Assembly: GCA_963697335.1 (NCBI GenBank)
Contig: CAVONQ010000018.1
Location: 320,001 to 384,000, forward strand
Length of the DNA: 64,000 nucleotides
Reading direction: 5' to 3'
DNA from: an uncultured cyanobacterium
Lineage (GTDB): Bacteria > Cyanobacteriota > Cyanobacteriia > PCC-6307 > Cyanobiaceae
Shown here piece after piece: positions 9,118 to 19,651 of this stretch. A model generated the notes under the pieces. It worked only from the letters and a program-made list of their open reading frames with translations. It was not told the origin of the DNA and did not search any database. The position numbers and the translations under genes are program-made. The first letter of the stretch is position 1. Each line of letters begins with the position of its first letter.

Positions 9118-12100
9118 TCAGGCCTCCAGGGTGAGCTGGCGCAGGGCTTCGAGCTGCCAGGCGCGGCAGTCCGCCGGAGAGGCCTGGTAAAAAGCCTCCC
9201 AGGCTCCGGCCTTGAAGCGGCCGTAGTCCTCGGGCGGCACCTGGGGATGGCGCTGCTGCCAGCCCACCCGCACGGCATGGCCGATCACCACGTCGAGGGC
9301 GAGGTCGTCGTCGAAACGCACCTGGGGGTTCGCCCCCACGAAGGCCATCAGGGTCATCAGGGTTTCGGTGCAGAGCTGGCGGTATTCCGGGGCCTCGATC
9401 TTGCTGAGCAGGTGCTCGATCAGGGCGGCGAAGTTCTTCTCCCCGGGCGTTTTCTCACTCAGCAGCGGCCCGCTGGCCAGGCGGTTGCGCCGCTCCAGCT
9501 TGTCGCCGATCACGATGCCGCGGCAGTGGTGCAGCAGCTCCCAGATCCCGGCATAGAAGTGTCGCGGCACCTGGCTCAGGGCCCCCAGGCGGATGCGGTG
9601 CTGCAGCCAGTTCCCGGCCTTGGGCAGCTCCTCCAGCGGTGGCGGCACACTCCAGTGCACGCGCCCGCTCAGGTGCAGCTGCTCCTTGCGCATCAGCGAG
9701 GCCTTGGCGTGCTCCACATCCGCCAGCAGGGCCTGCAGGCGACGGCGAACGGCATGGGGGGGCTGGGCGCAGAGGGCCTCAAAGGCCTCACTGGGGCTGA
9801 GCTCGGCCGCGGCGGCCAGCTCACTGGTGAGCAGCAGGACCAGCTGGCCAAGCTGCAGGGTGAGACTGCCGCTGAGCAACCGGGGCTCATGGCGCGCCAG
9901 GCCGTCGAGGGCCAGCAGCAGCTCCTGCTGCAGCATCCACTCGCGGCTGTCCTCACCGCTGAAACGACGGATCATGGCGGCGATCGCGGCGCTTCCTTGG
10001 GGCTCGCTGAGCAGGGATTCGCCGGTGTAGTTCCGGCCCACCACCACCTGGCGCTGCCGCACCAGCAGGTCCGTGAGGGCATCCTCCAGCTGGGGGTGCA
10101 CCAGCTCCAGCCAGCCGGCCGTGCGGCGCACCACGTCCCAGTCGGCCTCCACAAGGGCCCGGTGGTATACCTCCTCCAGCAGCCTGCGCAGGGCCACCGG
10201 CTCGCTGCCTTGCGGCCCGTGCAGCCGCGCCCCCAGCCCGAGACGGCGCACCAGCTGCTCCAGCACCTCCGCCTGCTCTTCCAGGGAGGTGCTCTGCCAG
10301 AGGCGCTCGCCCAGCTCGCCGATGGAGAGATCGTCGCGTTCGAGGTCCTGTTCCTCTTCTGGTGAGAGCGGGGCCTGGCGCCTGCTGGCCTGCAGCGGCA
10401 GGTCAGCCGATGGCCCTGGCCCTGCCGCTGCGGCGCCTGTGGCCGCCTCGACGGGCAGCGACACCCACTGGGCCTGGTCGGCCAGGTCTTCGAGGCGGGC
10501 CAGCTGCACCGGCACGCCCCCCAGCTCTCCTGCCTGCAGCTGGGCCCCCAGGGCCAGAAACGCCTGCGGCTCCCGGCCGAAGACGGCGTCGGCCACCGGG
10601 ATCAGCAGCAGAGGTGCACCCTTGCCGCGCCACTGGCGCTGCAGCATGCGCAGCTCGGCCTGCACCGTGTCGATCAGCTGTTCGGCATCGTCGGCGAGAT
10701 AAAACGTGCCCTCCTCCAGCACCGCCGGCACGAAGGCCAGCTGCTCCTCGCCGCTGGCTCCAGGCCGGGGGCAGCGGTAGAGCCGCGCTGTGGCGAGGGT
10801 CTCTATGCGCACGGGTGGGTGTCCAGTGAGCCCCAGGCGCGGGTTGGCCCCCACCTGGGCCAGGCGCCGGCCGAGGGCCTCCGACCCCTGCACTGTGATC
10901 GGGCCGCCGCCCTGGTCGCCCTCGCCGCCGCTGCAGGGCAGGCCGTGCTGGGCCAGCACCGCGGCCACGGCGGCGCTGCCGGGCACCAGGGCCACCAGCA
11001 CCTGCTCCGCCCCCGCCGGCTCCGGCCTGCGGCGGCCGCTGGGGTCGAGGTCGGCGGGGGTGATCAGCCCGCCCAGCAGCAGGTCCCCCAGCCAGGTGAG
11101 GCTCTGGGTCCAGAGCAGCGGCACGTTGGCGTTCGGCTGGCGCGGCTGGCTGCCTGGCTGGCGTCGCTCCCGCTCCACGGCCTCCTGGGGCACCAGGTAG
11201 AGCTCCGGCAGCAGCGGCACCCCCCCATGAAGCACGCTCACGCTGGCCAGGCGGCCGCGCCACTGCCTGGCCTCGCTCCAGCGCTCCTCGCAGCAGGCCG
11301 TGACCAGCTCGTAGGCCCAGAACAGCGGCCATTCGCACTCGATGTGCTCGAACTGGGCCAGCTCTTCGCGCTCGTAGTGCAGGCGGGTGTGGTCTTCCAC
11401 CACGGTCTGGTGACCGTCGCGGCGGAAGCGCTTGTAGCCGTAGGCGCCGCCCAGCTCGGCGCGGATCTTGTTGCGGGTGCGCTCAGCCAGCTCGCGGTCT
11501 TCCACAGCCCAGGCGGGGTAGCCGATCACGGCCAGGCAGGCGGCATCCACCTCCTTGCTGCCGGATTCCCGCGGCAGCATGCCATCGAGGGCCCGGCGCA
11601 GGCGCACGATGGCGTCGTGGGGGATCACCAGGCAGCAGCTGCCATCGCCTTCGGGCCCGTAGAGATCGAGGTCGTCGAGGGCCTCAAGGGCCGCCTTCAC
11701 CAGCCCGATCGAGCTGGCATTGCGTTCCGGCAGACCGTGGTTGCCCTTGTCGCCGCGCTCCCAGATGCCGTAGTCGGCCACCCGGTAGGCCCTGGCCACG
11801 TAGTACACCAGGTTCTGCACGAAATCTCTTTCGTGGTTGCTGCGCACCACCACCAGGCCGCTGCGGGTGAGTTGGGCGAGCTGCAGCAGGAACAGGGCCG
11901 TGGCGTCGAGCTGCAGATGGCCCCAGCCGTCGTCGGGCACCACGGGGGCGCCGCTGCTGGTGTCGAACTTGGCGTGCAGGGCGTCGCGGCGGTCGAGGCT
12001 GTGCTTGAAGCGCTCCACCTTGGCGGCCTGACGCTCCATGGCGTTCAGCAGGCCCCGCATCAGCTGCAGCACCCGCTGCTCCAGCTCGAAGGCCCGCCGG

Positions 12101-12363
12101 CAAGGGCCCCGCAGCCGCCTGTGGGCCAGGGCCAGCCCCCACACGCACTGGATGGAGTAGACGCCATCGCGCACCCAGGCATCGCCATAGTTGCCGTGCA
12201 CGGTGTTGGCGGTGCTGGCCGGCAGCAGCCCGCTGATCGGGTCCTGCCGGTCCAGCACCACCGCGGAGATCTGCTGGTCCAGCTCCGCCAGCAGCTCGGC
12301 GGCAGTGTGGTCAACCATCGCCACCGGCCTGGGCGGCTTGGGGGCCATCTCGGACTGGGGCAT
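9118..12363 (-). CDS. Glycoside hydrolase 15-like / phosphorylase kinase alpha-beta family protein
   Basis: GLLPAST, DAWVRDGVYS, WGHLQLDA, DYGIWERG, LPRESGSKEVDA, FRRDGHQT, IECEWPLF; start 12363 or 12318. Confidence 0.88.
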   Translation of the reverse strand: MPQSEMAPKPPRPVAMVDHTAAELLAELDQQISAVVLDRQDPISGLLPASTANTVHGNYGDAWVRDGVYSIQCVWGLALAHRRLRGPCRRAFELEQRVLQLMRGLLNAMERQAAKVERFKHSLDRRDALHAKFDTSSGAPVVPDDGWGHLQLDATALFLLQLAQLTRSGLVVVRSNHERDFVQNLVYYVARAYRVADYGIWERGDKGNHGLPERNASSIGLVKAALEALDDLDLYGPEGDGSCCLVIPHDAIVRLRRALDGMLPRESGSKEVDAACLAVIGYPAWAVEDRELAERTRNKIRAELGGAYGYKRFRRDGHQTVVEDHTRLHYEREELAQFEHIECEWPLFWAYELVTACCEERWSEARQWRGRLASVSVLHGGVPLLPELYLVPQEAVERERRQPGSQPRQPNANVPLLWTQSLTWLGDLLLGGLITPADLDPSGRRRPEPAGAEQVLVALVPGSAAVAAVLAQHGLPCSGGEGDQGGGPITVQGSEALGRRLAQVGANPRLGLTGHPPVRIETLATARLYRCPRPGASGEEQLAFVPAVLEEGTFYLADDAEQLIDTVQAELRMLQRQWRGKGAPLLLIPVADAVFGREPQAFLALGAQLQAGELGGVPVQLARLEDLADQAQWVSLPVEAATGAAAAGPGPSADLPLQASRRQAPLSPEEEQDLERDDLSIGELGERLWQSTSLEEQAEVLEQLVRRLGLGARLHGPQGSEPVALRRLLEEVYHRALVEADWDVVRRTAGWLELVHPQLEDALTDLLVRQRQVVVGRNYTGESLLSEPQGSAAIAAMIRRFSGEDSREWMLQQELLLALDGLARHEPRLLSGSLTLQLGQLVLLLTSELAAAAELSPSEAFEALCAQPPHAVRRRLQALLADVEHAKASLMRKEQLHLSGRVHWSVPPPLEELPKAGNWLQHRIRLGALSQVPRHFYAGIWELLHHCRGIVIGDKLERRNRLASGPLLSEKTPGEKNFAALIEHLLSKIEAPEYRQLCTETLMTLMAFVGANPQVRFDDDLALDVVIGHAVRVGWQQRHPQVPPEDYGRFKAGAWEAFYQASPADCRAWQLEALRQLTLEA

Positions 12364-12421
12364 GCGGGCAGCGGGGAGGGCCAGGGCTAGCCATAGATTC
12401 TCTCGCGCAGCGGCACACTCC

Positions 12422-13159
12422 ATGGCAGCAATGGCAACGGCAGCGCCAACCCCCGGCCGTCGCACGCGGGTGCTCGGCGTGCCCATCGACGCCTGCCTGG
12501 ATGTGCGGGCGGCGGCCCTGGCTCTGCATGCCGGCGGCGGCGGCCAGATCGTGACGCTCAATGCCGAGATGACCATGGCCGCCCTGGCGGACCCGGCCCT
12601 GGGCGCCGCGATCGCCGCCGCCGACCTGGTGATTCCGGATGGTGCCGGCGTGGTTTGGGCCCTTGGGCTCCAGGGACTGCGGGTGCGCCGCACGCCCGGG
12701 ATCGAACTGGCCCATGCCCTGCTGGAGCACGCCGCCAGGGTGGGTTGGCGCGTCGCCCTGGTGGGAGCCTCGCCCCAGGTGATGGGGCTGTTGCGTCAGC
12801 AGCTGCAGGCCACGCTGCCAGCCCTCCAACTGGTGCTGGCCGTGGATGGCTACCAACCCGATGGGGCCTGGCCAGGCCTCGAGCGCCAGCTGCTGGCCGC
12901 CCATCCGGATCTGGTGCTGGTGGCCCTGGGGGTGCCGCGCCAGGAGCTCTGGATCCAGGGGCTGGCGGGTCAGCGCAAGGGCCTGTGGATGGGGGTGGGC
13001 GGCAGCTTTGACGTGTGGGCCGGCATCAAGACCAGGGCACCGCGCTGGATGGGCAGGCTGCACATCGAGTGGCTATACCGGCTGATTCAGGAGCCGAGCC
13101 GCTGGCGCCGCATGCTGGCCCTGCCCCACTTCGTCTGGAAGGTGCTGAGCCAGGGCTGA
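12422..13159 (+). CDS. WecB/TagA/CpsF family glycosyltransferase
   Basis: VTLNAE, PDGAGVV, GVPRQE, GVGGSFDV, EWLYRL. Confidence 0.92.
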   Translation: MAAMATAAPTPGRRTRVLGVPIDACLDVRAAALALHAGGGGQIVTLNAEMTMAALADPALGAAIAAADLVIPDGAGVVWALGLQGLRVRRTPGIELAHALLEHAARVGWRVALVGASPQVMGLLRQQLQATLPALQLVLAVDGYQPDGAWPGLERQLLAAHPDLVLVALGVPRQELWIQGLAGQRKGLWMGVGGSFDVWAGIKTRAPRWMGRLHIEWLYRLIQEPSRWRRMLALPHFVWKVLSQG

Positions 13160-13162
13160 GCT

Positions 13163-13306
13163 TCAGCGGAAGCCCACGGAGGCCTGCCACACGAAGGCGA
13201 GCAGCAGAAAGAAGAAGGGGATGATCGGCAGGATGTCCACCAGGGGACCGAAGGCCTGGTAGGCCTCAGGCAGCTGGGCCAGGGTGGAGCCTGAAAGGGG
13301 GTGCAT
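13163..13306 (-). CDS. psbK: Photosystem II reaction center protein K
   Basis: Hand translation [47 protein letters not shown] (too short for the ORF track). Confidence 0.97.
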   Translation of the reverse strand: MHPLSGSTLAQLPEAYQAFGPLVDILPIIPFFFLLLAFVWQASVGFR

Positions 13307-13369
13307 CGAAGCGTTAGCGAGCAGCGCGGAGACGACCATCCCTGCAGATCCATCAGCGAGAGCCGGACG

Positions 13370-14506
13370 CTACCACGTGTGGGCGGCCGCGGAGTGCGGT
13401 TCCCAGGGAGCGAAATCCTCTGCAAAACAGCCCTCGCGGATCGCCTGGGCCATGGCGTTGCTGAACCGCTCCAGCTGGGTGATGTTGTGAAGGCTGAGCA
13501 GGATCCGGGCCAGCATCTCGCCGGCGCGGATCAGGTGGTGCAGGTAAGCCCGGGTGTGGCTGCGGCAGGCGGGGCAGGGGCAGCCACCGTCGAGGGGGGT
13601 GTGGTCGTGGCGGAAGCGGGCATTGCGCAGATTCCAGCGTTCACCACCCACCAGCGCCGTGCCGTGCCGGCCCAGACGGGTGGGAAGCACGCAGTCGAAC
13701 AGATCGAAGCCCTGGGCCACGGCCACGGCCATCTCCCGCAGGCTGCCCACCCCCATCAGGTAGTGGGGCGTGTGCTCGGGCAGCAGCGGGCCCACCTGGC
13801 GCACAATCCGATGCATCTCCTCCACCGGTTCGCCCACGCTCACCCCACCCACGGCGATGCCCGGCAGGTTCATGGAGGCCACCACCCGGGCTGACTCGGC
13901 CCGCAGCCGGGGGAAGCAGCCGCCCTGCACGATGCCGAACAAGGCCTGGCCGGGCTGCTGATGGCTGGTCAGGCAGCGCTCCAGCCAGGTATGGGTTCGG
14001 TGGCAGGCGGCCTCCACCTCGGCCTCGCTGGCCGGATAGGGGGGGCACTGGTCGAAGGCCATCGCCACGTCGGCGCCGAGGGCCATCTGGATCGCTATCG
14101 CCCGCTCCGGAGTGAGCACGATGCGGCTGCCGTCCCGGGGCGAGCGGAAGGTCACGCCGTCGTCGTCGATGCGGTTGATGCCGGCGAGGCTGAACACCTG
14201 GTAGCCGCCGGAGTCAGTGAGCAGGGGCCCGGACCAGCCCATGAACCGGTGCAGCCCGCCCGCTTCGGCCACGATGGCCTCGCCGGGCTGCAGGTGCAGG
14301 TGGTAGGTGTTGGCCAGCACCATCTCCGCCCCGGTGGCGGCCAGCTGGGGGGCCATGACCCCCTTGACCGTGGCCAGGGTGCCCACCGGCATGAAGCGGG
14401 GCGTGGTCACCGGCCCGTGGGGGGTCTGGAAGCAGCCACAGCGGGCCCGGGTGCGGGGACAGCGGGCTGTGGCCGTGAAGCTGAAGGGTGGCGGTGTGAA
14501 GCTGAT
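13370..14506 (-). CDS. tgt: Queuine tRNA-ribosyltransferase (non-canonical start proposed)
   Basis: [33 protein letters not shown] zinc site; conserved N-terminus [12 protein letters not shown] lies upstream of the first GTG. Confidence 0.95.
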   Translation of the reverse strand: MSFTPPPFSFTATARCPRTRARCGCFQTPHGPVTTPRFMPVGTLATVKGVMAPQLAATGAEMVLANTYHLHLQPGEAIVAEAGGLHRFMGWSGPLLTDSGGYQVFSLAGINRIDDDGVTFRSPRDGSRIVLTPERAIAIQMALGADVAMAFDQCPPYPASEAEVEAACHRTHTWLERCLTSHQQPGQALFGIVQGGCFPRLRAESARVVASMNLPGIAVGGVSVGEPVEEMHRIVRQVGPLLPEHTPHYLMGVGSLREMAVAVAQGFDLFDCVLPTRLGRHGTALVGGERWNLRNARFRHDHTPLDGGCPCPACRSHTRAYLHHLIRAGEMLARILLSLHNITQLERFSNAMAQAIREGCFAEDFAPWEPHSAAAHTW

Positions 14507-14549
14507 GGGGCCGCGCCGGCGCTGCTCCGACGCTAGAGGTCGTCTGCCT

Positions 14550-15368
14550 GTGTCCAGGGAACCCCGCCACGCTGCACGCTCTGAGCCCGACTGGTTGCGG
14601 GACCTGGCTGGCGCCTGGATCTTCTACACCGTGCTGCCGGGCTGGCCCTGGATCCGCCCCCGCTTCGAGCGCATCGCCCGCTTCGCGCCGCTGATCGGCC
14701 TGGTGCTGGGCGGCCTGCAGGCCCTGGTCTGGCTGGGCACTGCCGGCTGGCTGCCGCTGGGGGCTCAGGTGCTCCTGGTGATCGCCCTCGCCCTGGGGCT
14801 CAGCGGTGGGCTCCACCACGACGGCGCCCTCGACACCGCCGACGGCCTGGCGGCTGGGCCCCGGGCCCTGGAGGCCATGGCCGACAGCCGGGTGGGCGCC
14901 GCCGCTGTGCAGGCGGCCCTGCTGCTGGCTCTGCTGCGGGGGGCCGGCTTGGTTTGTCTGGCGGGCGCGGCGCCCATGGCCCTGCTGTGGACGGGCTTCT
15001 GGGGACGGTTGTCGCCGCTGCTGGCGATGGCCAGCTTCCCCTACCTGCGCCAGGATCCCGCCGCCGGTGGCAGTGCCGGCTTCCACCGCCGGCACTGGCG
15101 AGGCCTGCCCCGGGAGCTGCTGCCGGCCCTGCTGGCGGGGGGGCTGGTGGCTGGCCTGGCGCTGGTTCTGGATCCGCCACCCGCCCCGGCAGCGGGCAGC
15201 TTCGGCTGGCTGCCGCTGCTGGGGCTGGTGCCCGCCGTTCTGGTGCCGTTCTGGCTAGGGCGCCGCCTCGGCGGCCACAGCGGCGACAGCTATGGCGCCT
15301 GCGTGGAGTGGAGTGAGGCCCTGGCCCTGCTGCTCATGGGGCTGGTGCTGCGGGCGCTGGCAGGGTGA
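14550..15368 (+). CDS. cobS: Adenosylcobinamide-GDP ribazoletransferase (cobalamin synthase)
   Basis: [33 protein letters not shown]; multi-pass membrane protein. Confidence 0.92.
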   Translation: MSREPRHAARSEPDWLRDLAGAWIFYTVLPGWPWIRPRFERIARFAPLIGLVLGGLQALVWLGTAGWLPLGAQVLLVIALALGLSGGLHHDGALDTADGLAAGPRALEAMADSRVGAAAVQAALLLALLRGAGLVCLAGAAPMALLWTGFWGRLSPLLAMASFPYLRQDPAAGGSAGFHRRHWRGLPRELLPALLAGGLVAGLALVLDPPPAPAAGSFGWLPLLGLVPAVLVPFWLGRRLGGHSGDSYGACVEWSEALALLLMGLVLRALAG

Positions 15369-16461
15369 GACAGAAGGCATTGCCCTGCGCCGGCAGTGCT
15401 GGGTCGAGGTCTGAAGGGGCGCTGGCCAGCACCAGCTCGCCGCCGAGGTGGTGGGCCAGATCCGCGGCCAGGGCCAGGCCGAGGCCACTGCCGGGCTGGG
15501 TGACCCCCGCCGTGCCCCTCTCCCCCCTGAGAAAAATCCGCTGGCGCTCCTGCGGCGGGATCGATGGCCCGCCGTCCCACACGATCAGCTGCCAGCCCCC
15601 CGCTGCCGTGGGCTGGCACTGCAGCCCCACCGCCGAGCCGCAGGGGCTGTAGCGAAAGGCGTTCTCGAGCAGGTTGGCCACGATTTCGGCCACCGCGCCG
15701 CTGTCGCCTTGCCACCGGGGCAGGGCATCGGGCCCCTGCCAGGGGCGCCCCTGCAGTGCCGCTGTGGCGCAGGCCCGCTGCACCAGGCGCTCCAACAGGG
15801 CACCGAGGGGCTGGACGGCGGCTCCGCCGAGGCTGGGGGGCAGCAGCAGCGGCCCAGGCCCCGGCTCCCGGGCGGGCTCGAGGCTGCCCCCCCCCAGCTG
15901 ATCGATGGCGTCCACATAGCGCTGCAGCTGCCGCTCCTCCTGCAGCAATCCCTCCACCAGGGGGCGGTTGCGCTCGTCCCCGTCCAGCCGCCGCAGCAGC
16001 AGCTGACCGAAGGTGCGCAGGGCGGCCAGGGGATTGCGCAGCTGATGCAGCAGCACGGTGAGTTGCTCGTGCTGGGCGAGCAGCTGCTGCTGCAGGCGCT
16101 GTTGCTCCAGGTCGAGGCAAAGCCCCTCGGTGAGGCAGAGGGCCACGGCCTGCAGGCGCTGGCGCAGGGGCTCGGGCCAGGGCAGAGCCGCGGTGTCGAC
16201 CTGCAGGGCCCCGAGCAGCACACCGCCGTGACGCAGCGGCAGCCAGCGGCGCAGATCGGCCACGGCGGTCAGCGGATTGTCCAGGGCCACCGCCGCAAGG
16301 GTGCGATTCGCCATCGGCCACTGGCCCACCGGCAGAAGCTGCGGGGTCTCTCCCTCCCCCACGTCGGCCACGTACACCACCAGCGAGGTCACGTCAGGCC
16401 GGTCGGCGAACTGGGCAAGCTGGAACTGGAGCAGGCTGAGAAAGCTCTTGGAGACAGCCAT
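15334..16461 (-). CDS. Sensor histidine kinase, Hik2/CSK-like
   Basis: H-box LLHQLRNPLAALRTFG, N-box NLLENAFRY, G boxes DGGPSI and GSGLGL; GAF-like N-terminus. Confidence 0.85.
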   Translation of the reverse strand: MAVSKSFLSLLQFQLAQFADRPDVTSLVVYVADVGEGETPQLLPVGQWPMANRTLAAVALDNPLTAVADLRRWLPLRHGGVLLGALQVDTAALPWPEPLRQRLQAVALCLTEGLCLDLEQQRLQQQLLAQHEQLTVLLHQLRNPLAALRTFGQLLLRRLDGDERNRPLVEGLLQEERQLQRYVDAIDQLGGGSLEPAREPGPGPLLLPPSLGGAAVQPLGALLERLVQRACATAALQGRPWQGPDALPRWQGDSGAVAEIVANLLENAFRYSPCGSAVGLQCQPTAAGGWQLIVWDGGPSIPPQERQRIFLRGERGTAGVTQPGSGLGLALAADLAHHLGGELVLASAPSDLDPALPAQGNAFCLTLPAPAAPAP

Positions 16462-16540
16462 GACCCGGGCCCGGTGCAGCAGTCCAGAAAAGAATTTGGC
16501 GGAACGGGAAGCAAACCGAGAAAAAAAGCTTAATATCTCG

Positions 16541-16554
16541 GTAGCGACCACTAC
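16541..16554. promoter_or_regulatory. Putative NtcA box GTA-N8-TAC
   Basis: GTAGCGACCACTAC next to an AT-rich stretch (TAATAT at 16531-16536) in a divergent intergenic region. Confidence 0.5.
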
Positions 16555-16876
16555 TCCCTGAGCCGTCTTGGGCCTGGAGCGGTGTCTGGTCGGCTTCAGT
16601 TGCGCTTTTGCTCAAACGAAGCTACAGCAGTGGCAGGGCAGCCCGTTCGTCGGGCCGCTCCTCCTGCTGGGTTCCGCGCCTTCAGGGCTTTGCGGAACTT
16701 CCGACCCTGCTCTGCCCGTTCTGGGGCCACGGTCGTTTGCGCCACCCTTTGGATGCTGCCCAGCGTCCATCCAGTCCGTCAGCCCCTCGGCTCCACGCCG
16801 CCGGTCCATGGCCATCGGGCACTCCCCGTTCGGCCTCTCCAGTCCCCTCTCTCTCCCCGCCGCGGGAGCTGCCTCC

Positions 16877-17248
16877 ATGTCGAAGAAGCGCAAGCGGATC
16901 AGCCGCCGTCGTCTCGCCGGTCAGCGCGTCCTGGCCCATGTCTCCACGTTCAACCTGGAGACCGGCTCCCACAAGCCCGTGACGGCCGCCCGTCGCTACA
17001 TCGCCGAGCAGGCCCTGGTGCCGCCGGCGCTGCTCAACGTGCGCCGCAACGAGCACACCACCGACCGCTTCTTCTGGGGTGAGAAGGGGCTGTTCAGCGC
17101 CCAGTACGCCGAAGAGAACCACTTCCTGTTCCCGTCGCTGCGCTCCATTGTCGACAGCATCGGCGAAGAGGTGCTGTTCGAGGGCATCGAGGCCCTGGCC
17201 TCCGACGACTGGGAGGAAATGGAAGAGTACGAATACGCCTTCGTCTGA
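16877..17248 (+). CDS. DUF3155-like conserved cyanobacterial protein
   Basis: Basic N-terminus MSKKRKRISRRR, HKPVTAARRYI, RNEHTTDRFFWGEKGLFSAQYAEENHFLF. Confidence 0.85.
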   Translation: MSKKRKRISRRRLAGQRVLAHVSTFNLETGSHKPVTAARRYIAEQALVPPALLNVRRNEHTTDRFFWGEKGLFSAQYAEENHFLFPSLRSIVDSIGEEVLFEGIEALASDDWEEMEEYEYAFV

Positions 17249-17271
17249 TCTCCACCTGCTTCTGAGTCGGC

Positions 17272-17910
17272 TCAGGCCTCCATCCAGGCGTCTGCGATGG
17301 CGCTGCGGATGGAGGGGATCAGGGCGGTGTCAATGGTGTGACCGCCCGGGAAGCCCAGCAGTTCCACGCCGTGGCCGCCTGCGCGCAGCAGCCTGGCCAG
17401 TTCCACGCTGGCGGCGTAGGGCACCACCTGATCCTGCTGGCCGTGGGTGAGCAGCACCGGAAAGCCCTGACCGCCCGTGTCTCCCGGCTGCCAGCCCGGG
17501 TGGGGGTAACCGCTGCACGCCACCACCCCCGCCACGGCCAGGCCGGCACCGCCGCTGCTCACATTGAGGGCCATGGCGGCACCCTGGGAAAAGCCCAGCA
17601 GCACCGTGCGCCCCAGCGGCACCTCCTGGCCCAGGGCCTCCAGCCGCTGGCGCAGGTTCTCCAGGGCTCCAGGCAGTTGCGGCCAGCCGCTCTGCTGCAG
17701 GTCATACCACTGGCGGCCCATGCCACTCGGGTGCACTCCAGGGGCCCTCAGGGCCACCACGCTGGTGTCTGAGTCCACCAGCAGGTCGGCCAGATCGAGC
17801 AGGTCGTCGGCGTCGGCGCCCCAGCCGTGCAGCAGCACCAGACGCCGATCGGCGCTGCTGGGTCCCCGACGCAGCAGCGCCTCGGCCGATGGCGGTTGGG
17901 GGGCGGGCAC
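17272..17910 (-). CDS. Phospholipase/carboxylesterase alpha/beta hydrolase
   Basis: [13 protein letters not shown] nucleophile motif, [13 protein letters not shown]. Confidence 0.9.
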   Translation of the reverse strand: MPAPQPPSAEALLRRGPSSADRRLVLLHGWGADADDLLDLADLLVDSDTSVVALRAPGVHPSGMGRQWYDLQQSGWPQLPGALENLRQRLEALGQEVPLGRTVLLGFSQGAAMALNVSSGGAGLAVAGVVACSGYPHPGWQPGDTGGQGFPVLLTHGQQDQVVPYAASVELARLLRAGGHGVELLGFPGGHTIDTALIPSIRSAIADAWMEA

Positions 17911-17993
17911 GGCGGTGGGGCGGGGCTGGCGCCAGAAGTCTGGGCCACGGGCCGCTGCGTAGGTTGGCCTCCTGCCCCTCCCCAGCTGCCGCC

Positions 17994-19574
17994 ATGGCCC
18001 CCACGGCTCTCCTGAGCGTGTCCAACAAGGACGGTCTGGTGCCCCTGGCCCAGGGCCTGATCGAGGCGGGCTACCGGTTGATCTCCAGTGGTGGCACCGC
18101 GGCGGCGCTGCAGGCTGCGGGCCTGGCGGTGACCCGGGTGGCCGAGCACACCGGGGCCCCGGAAATCCTGGGTGGCCGGGTCAAGACCCTCCATCCCCGC
18201 ATCCACGGCGGCATCCTGGCGCGGCGCCAGGACCCCTCCCACCAGGCGGATCTGGATGCCCAGGCCATCGACCCCATCGATGTGGTGGTGGTGAACCTCT
18301 ACCCCTTCCGCGAAACGGTGGCCGACCCGACCGTGCCGTTCGACACCGCCATCGAGACCATCGACATCGGAGGGCCGGCCATGGTGCGGGCGGCGGCCAA
18401 GAACCATGCCGATGTGGCGGTGCTGACCAGCCCGGAGCAGTACGGCCCCTTTCTCGAGGCCCTGGCCGCCGGGCCCCTCAGCCACGATCTGCGCCGGCGC
18501 CTCGCCCTGGAGGCCTTCGCCCACACGGCCGCCTATGACGGGGCGATCAGTCGCTGGCTGGCCGAGCGCCTGGCCGCGGAGCCAGGGGCTCAACCAGCGG
18601 CTCTGCCAGGGCCTGAAGCACCCGCGGAGCCCCTGCAGCTGGCGCTGCCGGCCCGCCAGGCGCTCCGCTACGGCGAAAACCCCCACCAGCCGGCCACCTG
18701 GTACAGCGCAGCCACCGCCGGCTGGGGCGCGGCTCGGCAACTGCAGGGCAAGGAGCTCAGTTACAACAACCTGATTGACCTCGATGCCGCCCTGGCCACG
18801 GTGCGGGAGTTCGGCTACGGCCCGGCCGCCCAGCCTGCGGCGGTGGTGGTGAAGCACACCAACCCCTGTGGTGTGGCCACGGGCAGTGGCTGCGCCGATG
18901 CCCTGCACCGCGCCCTGGAGGCCGATCGCGTGTCGGCCTTCGGCGGCATCGTGGCCCTCAACACGCCGGTGGATGGCGCCGCAGCGGCCCATCTCACCAG
19001 CCTCTTCCTGGAGTGCGTGGTGGCCCCGGCCTTAGAGCCCGAGGCCCGGGAGCAGCTGGCCGGCAAGGCCAACCTGCGCCTGCTGGAGCTGGACCCCGAG
19101 GCGATTGAGCGGGCGCCGCGCCAGCAGCTGCGCACGGTGCTGGGCGGCGTGCTGGCCCAGGAGCTCGACGATCAGCCCGCTGAGCAGAGCAGCTGGCAGG
19201 TGGTGAGCCAGCGCCAGCCCACGCCGCAGGAGCTTGCCGACCTGCGCTTCGCCTGGAAGCTGGTGCGCCACGTGCGCTCCAACGCCATCGTCGTGGCCCG
19301 GGACGGCCAGAGCCTGGGGGTGGGGGCAGGCCAGATGAACCGGGTGGGTTCGGCCCGGCTCGCCCTGGAGGCAGCAGGGGAGCGGGTACGCGGGGCCGTG
19401 TTGGCCAGCGACGGCTTTTTCCCCTTCGACGACACGGTGCGGCTGGCGGCCGGCCTGGGCATCCGGGCCGTGATCCAGCCCGGCGGCAGTGTGCGCGACA
19501 AGGACTCGATCCGCGCCTGCGACGAGCTTGGGCTGGCGATGCTGCTCACCGGCCGGCGCCACTTCCTCCACTGA
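17994..19574 (+). CDS. purH: Bifunctional AICAR transformylase/IMP cyclohydrolase
   Basis: [47 protein letters not shown]. Confidence 0.97.
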   Translation: MAPTALLSVSNKDGLVPLAQGLIEAGYRLISSGGTAAALQAAGLAVTRVAEHTGAPEILGGRVKTLHPRIHGGILARRQDPSHQADLDAQAIDPIDVVVVNLYPFRETVADPTVPFDTAIETIDIGGPAMVRAAAKNHADVAVLTSPEQYGPFLEALAAGPLSHDLRRRLALEAFAHTAAYDGAISRWLAERLAAEPGAQPAALPGPEAPAEPLQLALPARQALRYGENPHQPATWYSAATAGWGAARQLQGKELSYNNLIDLDAALATVREFGYGPAAQPAAVVVKHTNPCGVATGSGCADALHRALEADRVSAFGGIVALNTPVDGAAAAHLTSLFLECVVAPALEPEAREQLAGKANLRLLELDPEAIERAPRQQLRTVLGGVLAQELDDQPAEQSSWQVVSQRQPTPQELADLRFAWKLVRHVRSNAIVVARDGQSLGVGAGQMNRVGSARLALEAAGERVRGAVLASDGFFPFDDTVRLAAGLGIRAVIQPGGSVRDKDSIRACDELGLAMLLTGRRHFLH

Positions 19575-19651
19575 GCCCCAGGCCGGGCTGGACAGCGCCG
19601 TGGCGGGGCTCAGTTGTAGCTTCGCTGCATCGTCTCCGCCCCGGCCACGCC

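Noticed and set aside
17911..17993. ZTP riboswitch upstream of purH
   Set aside because: The spacer is short and shows no recognisable aptamer consensus.
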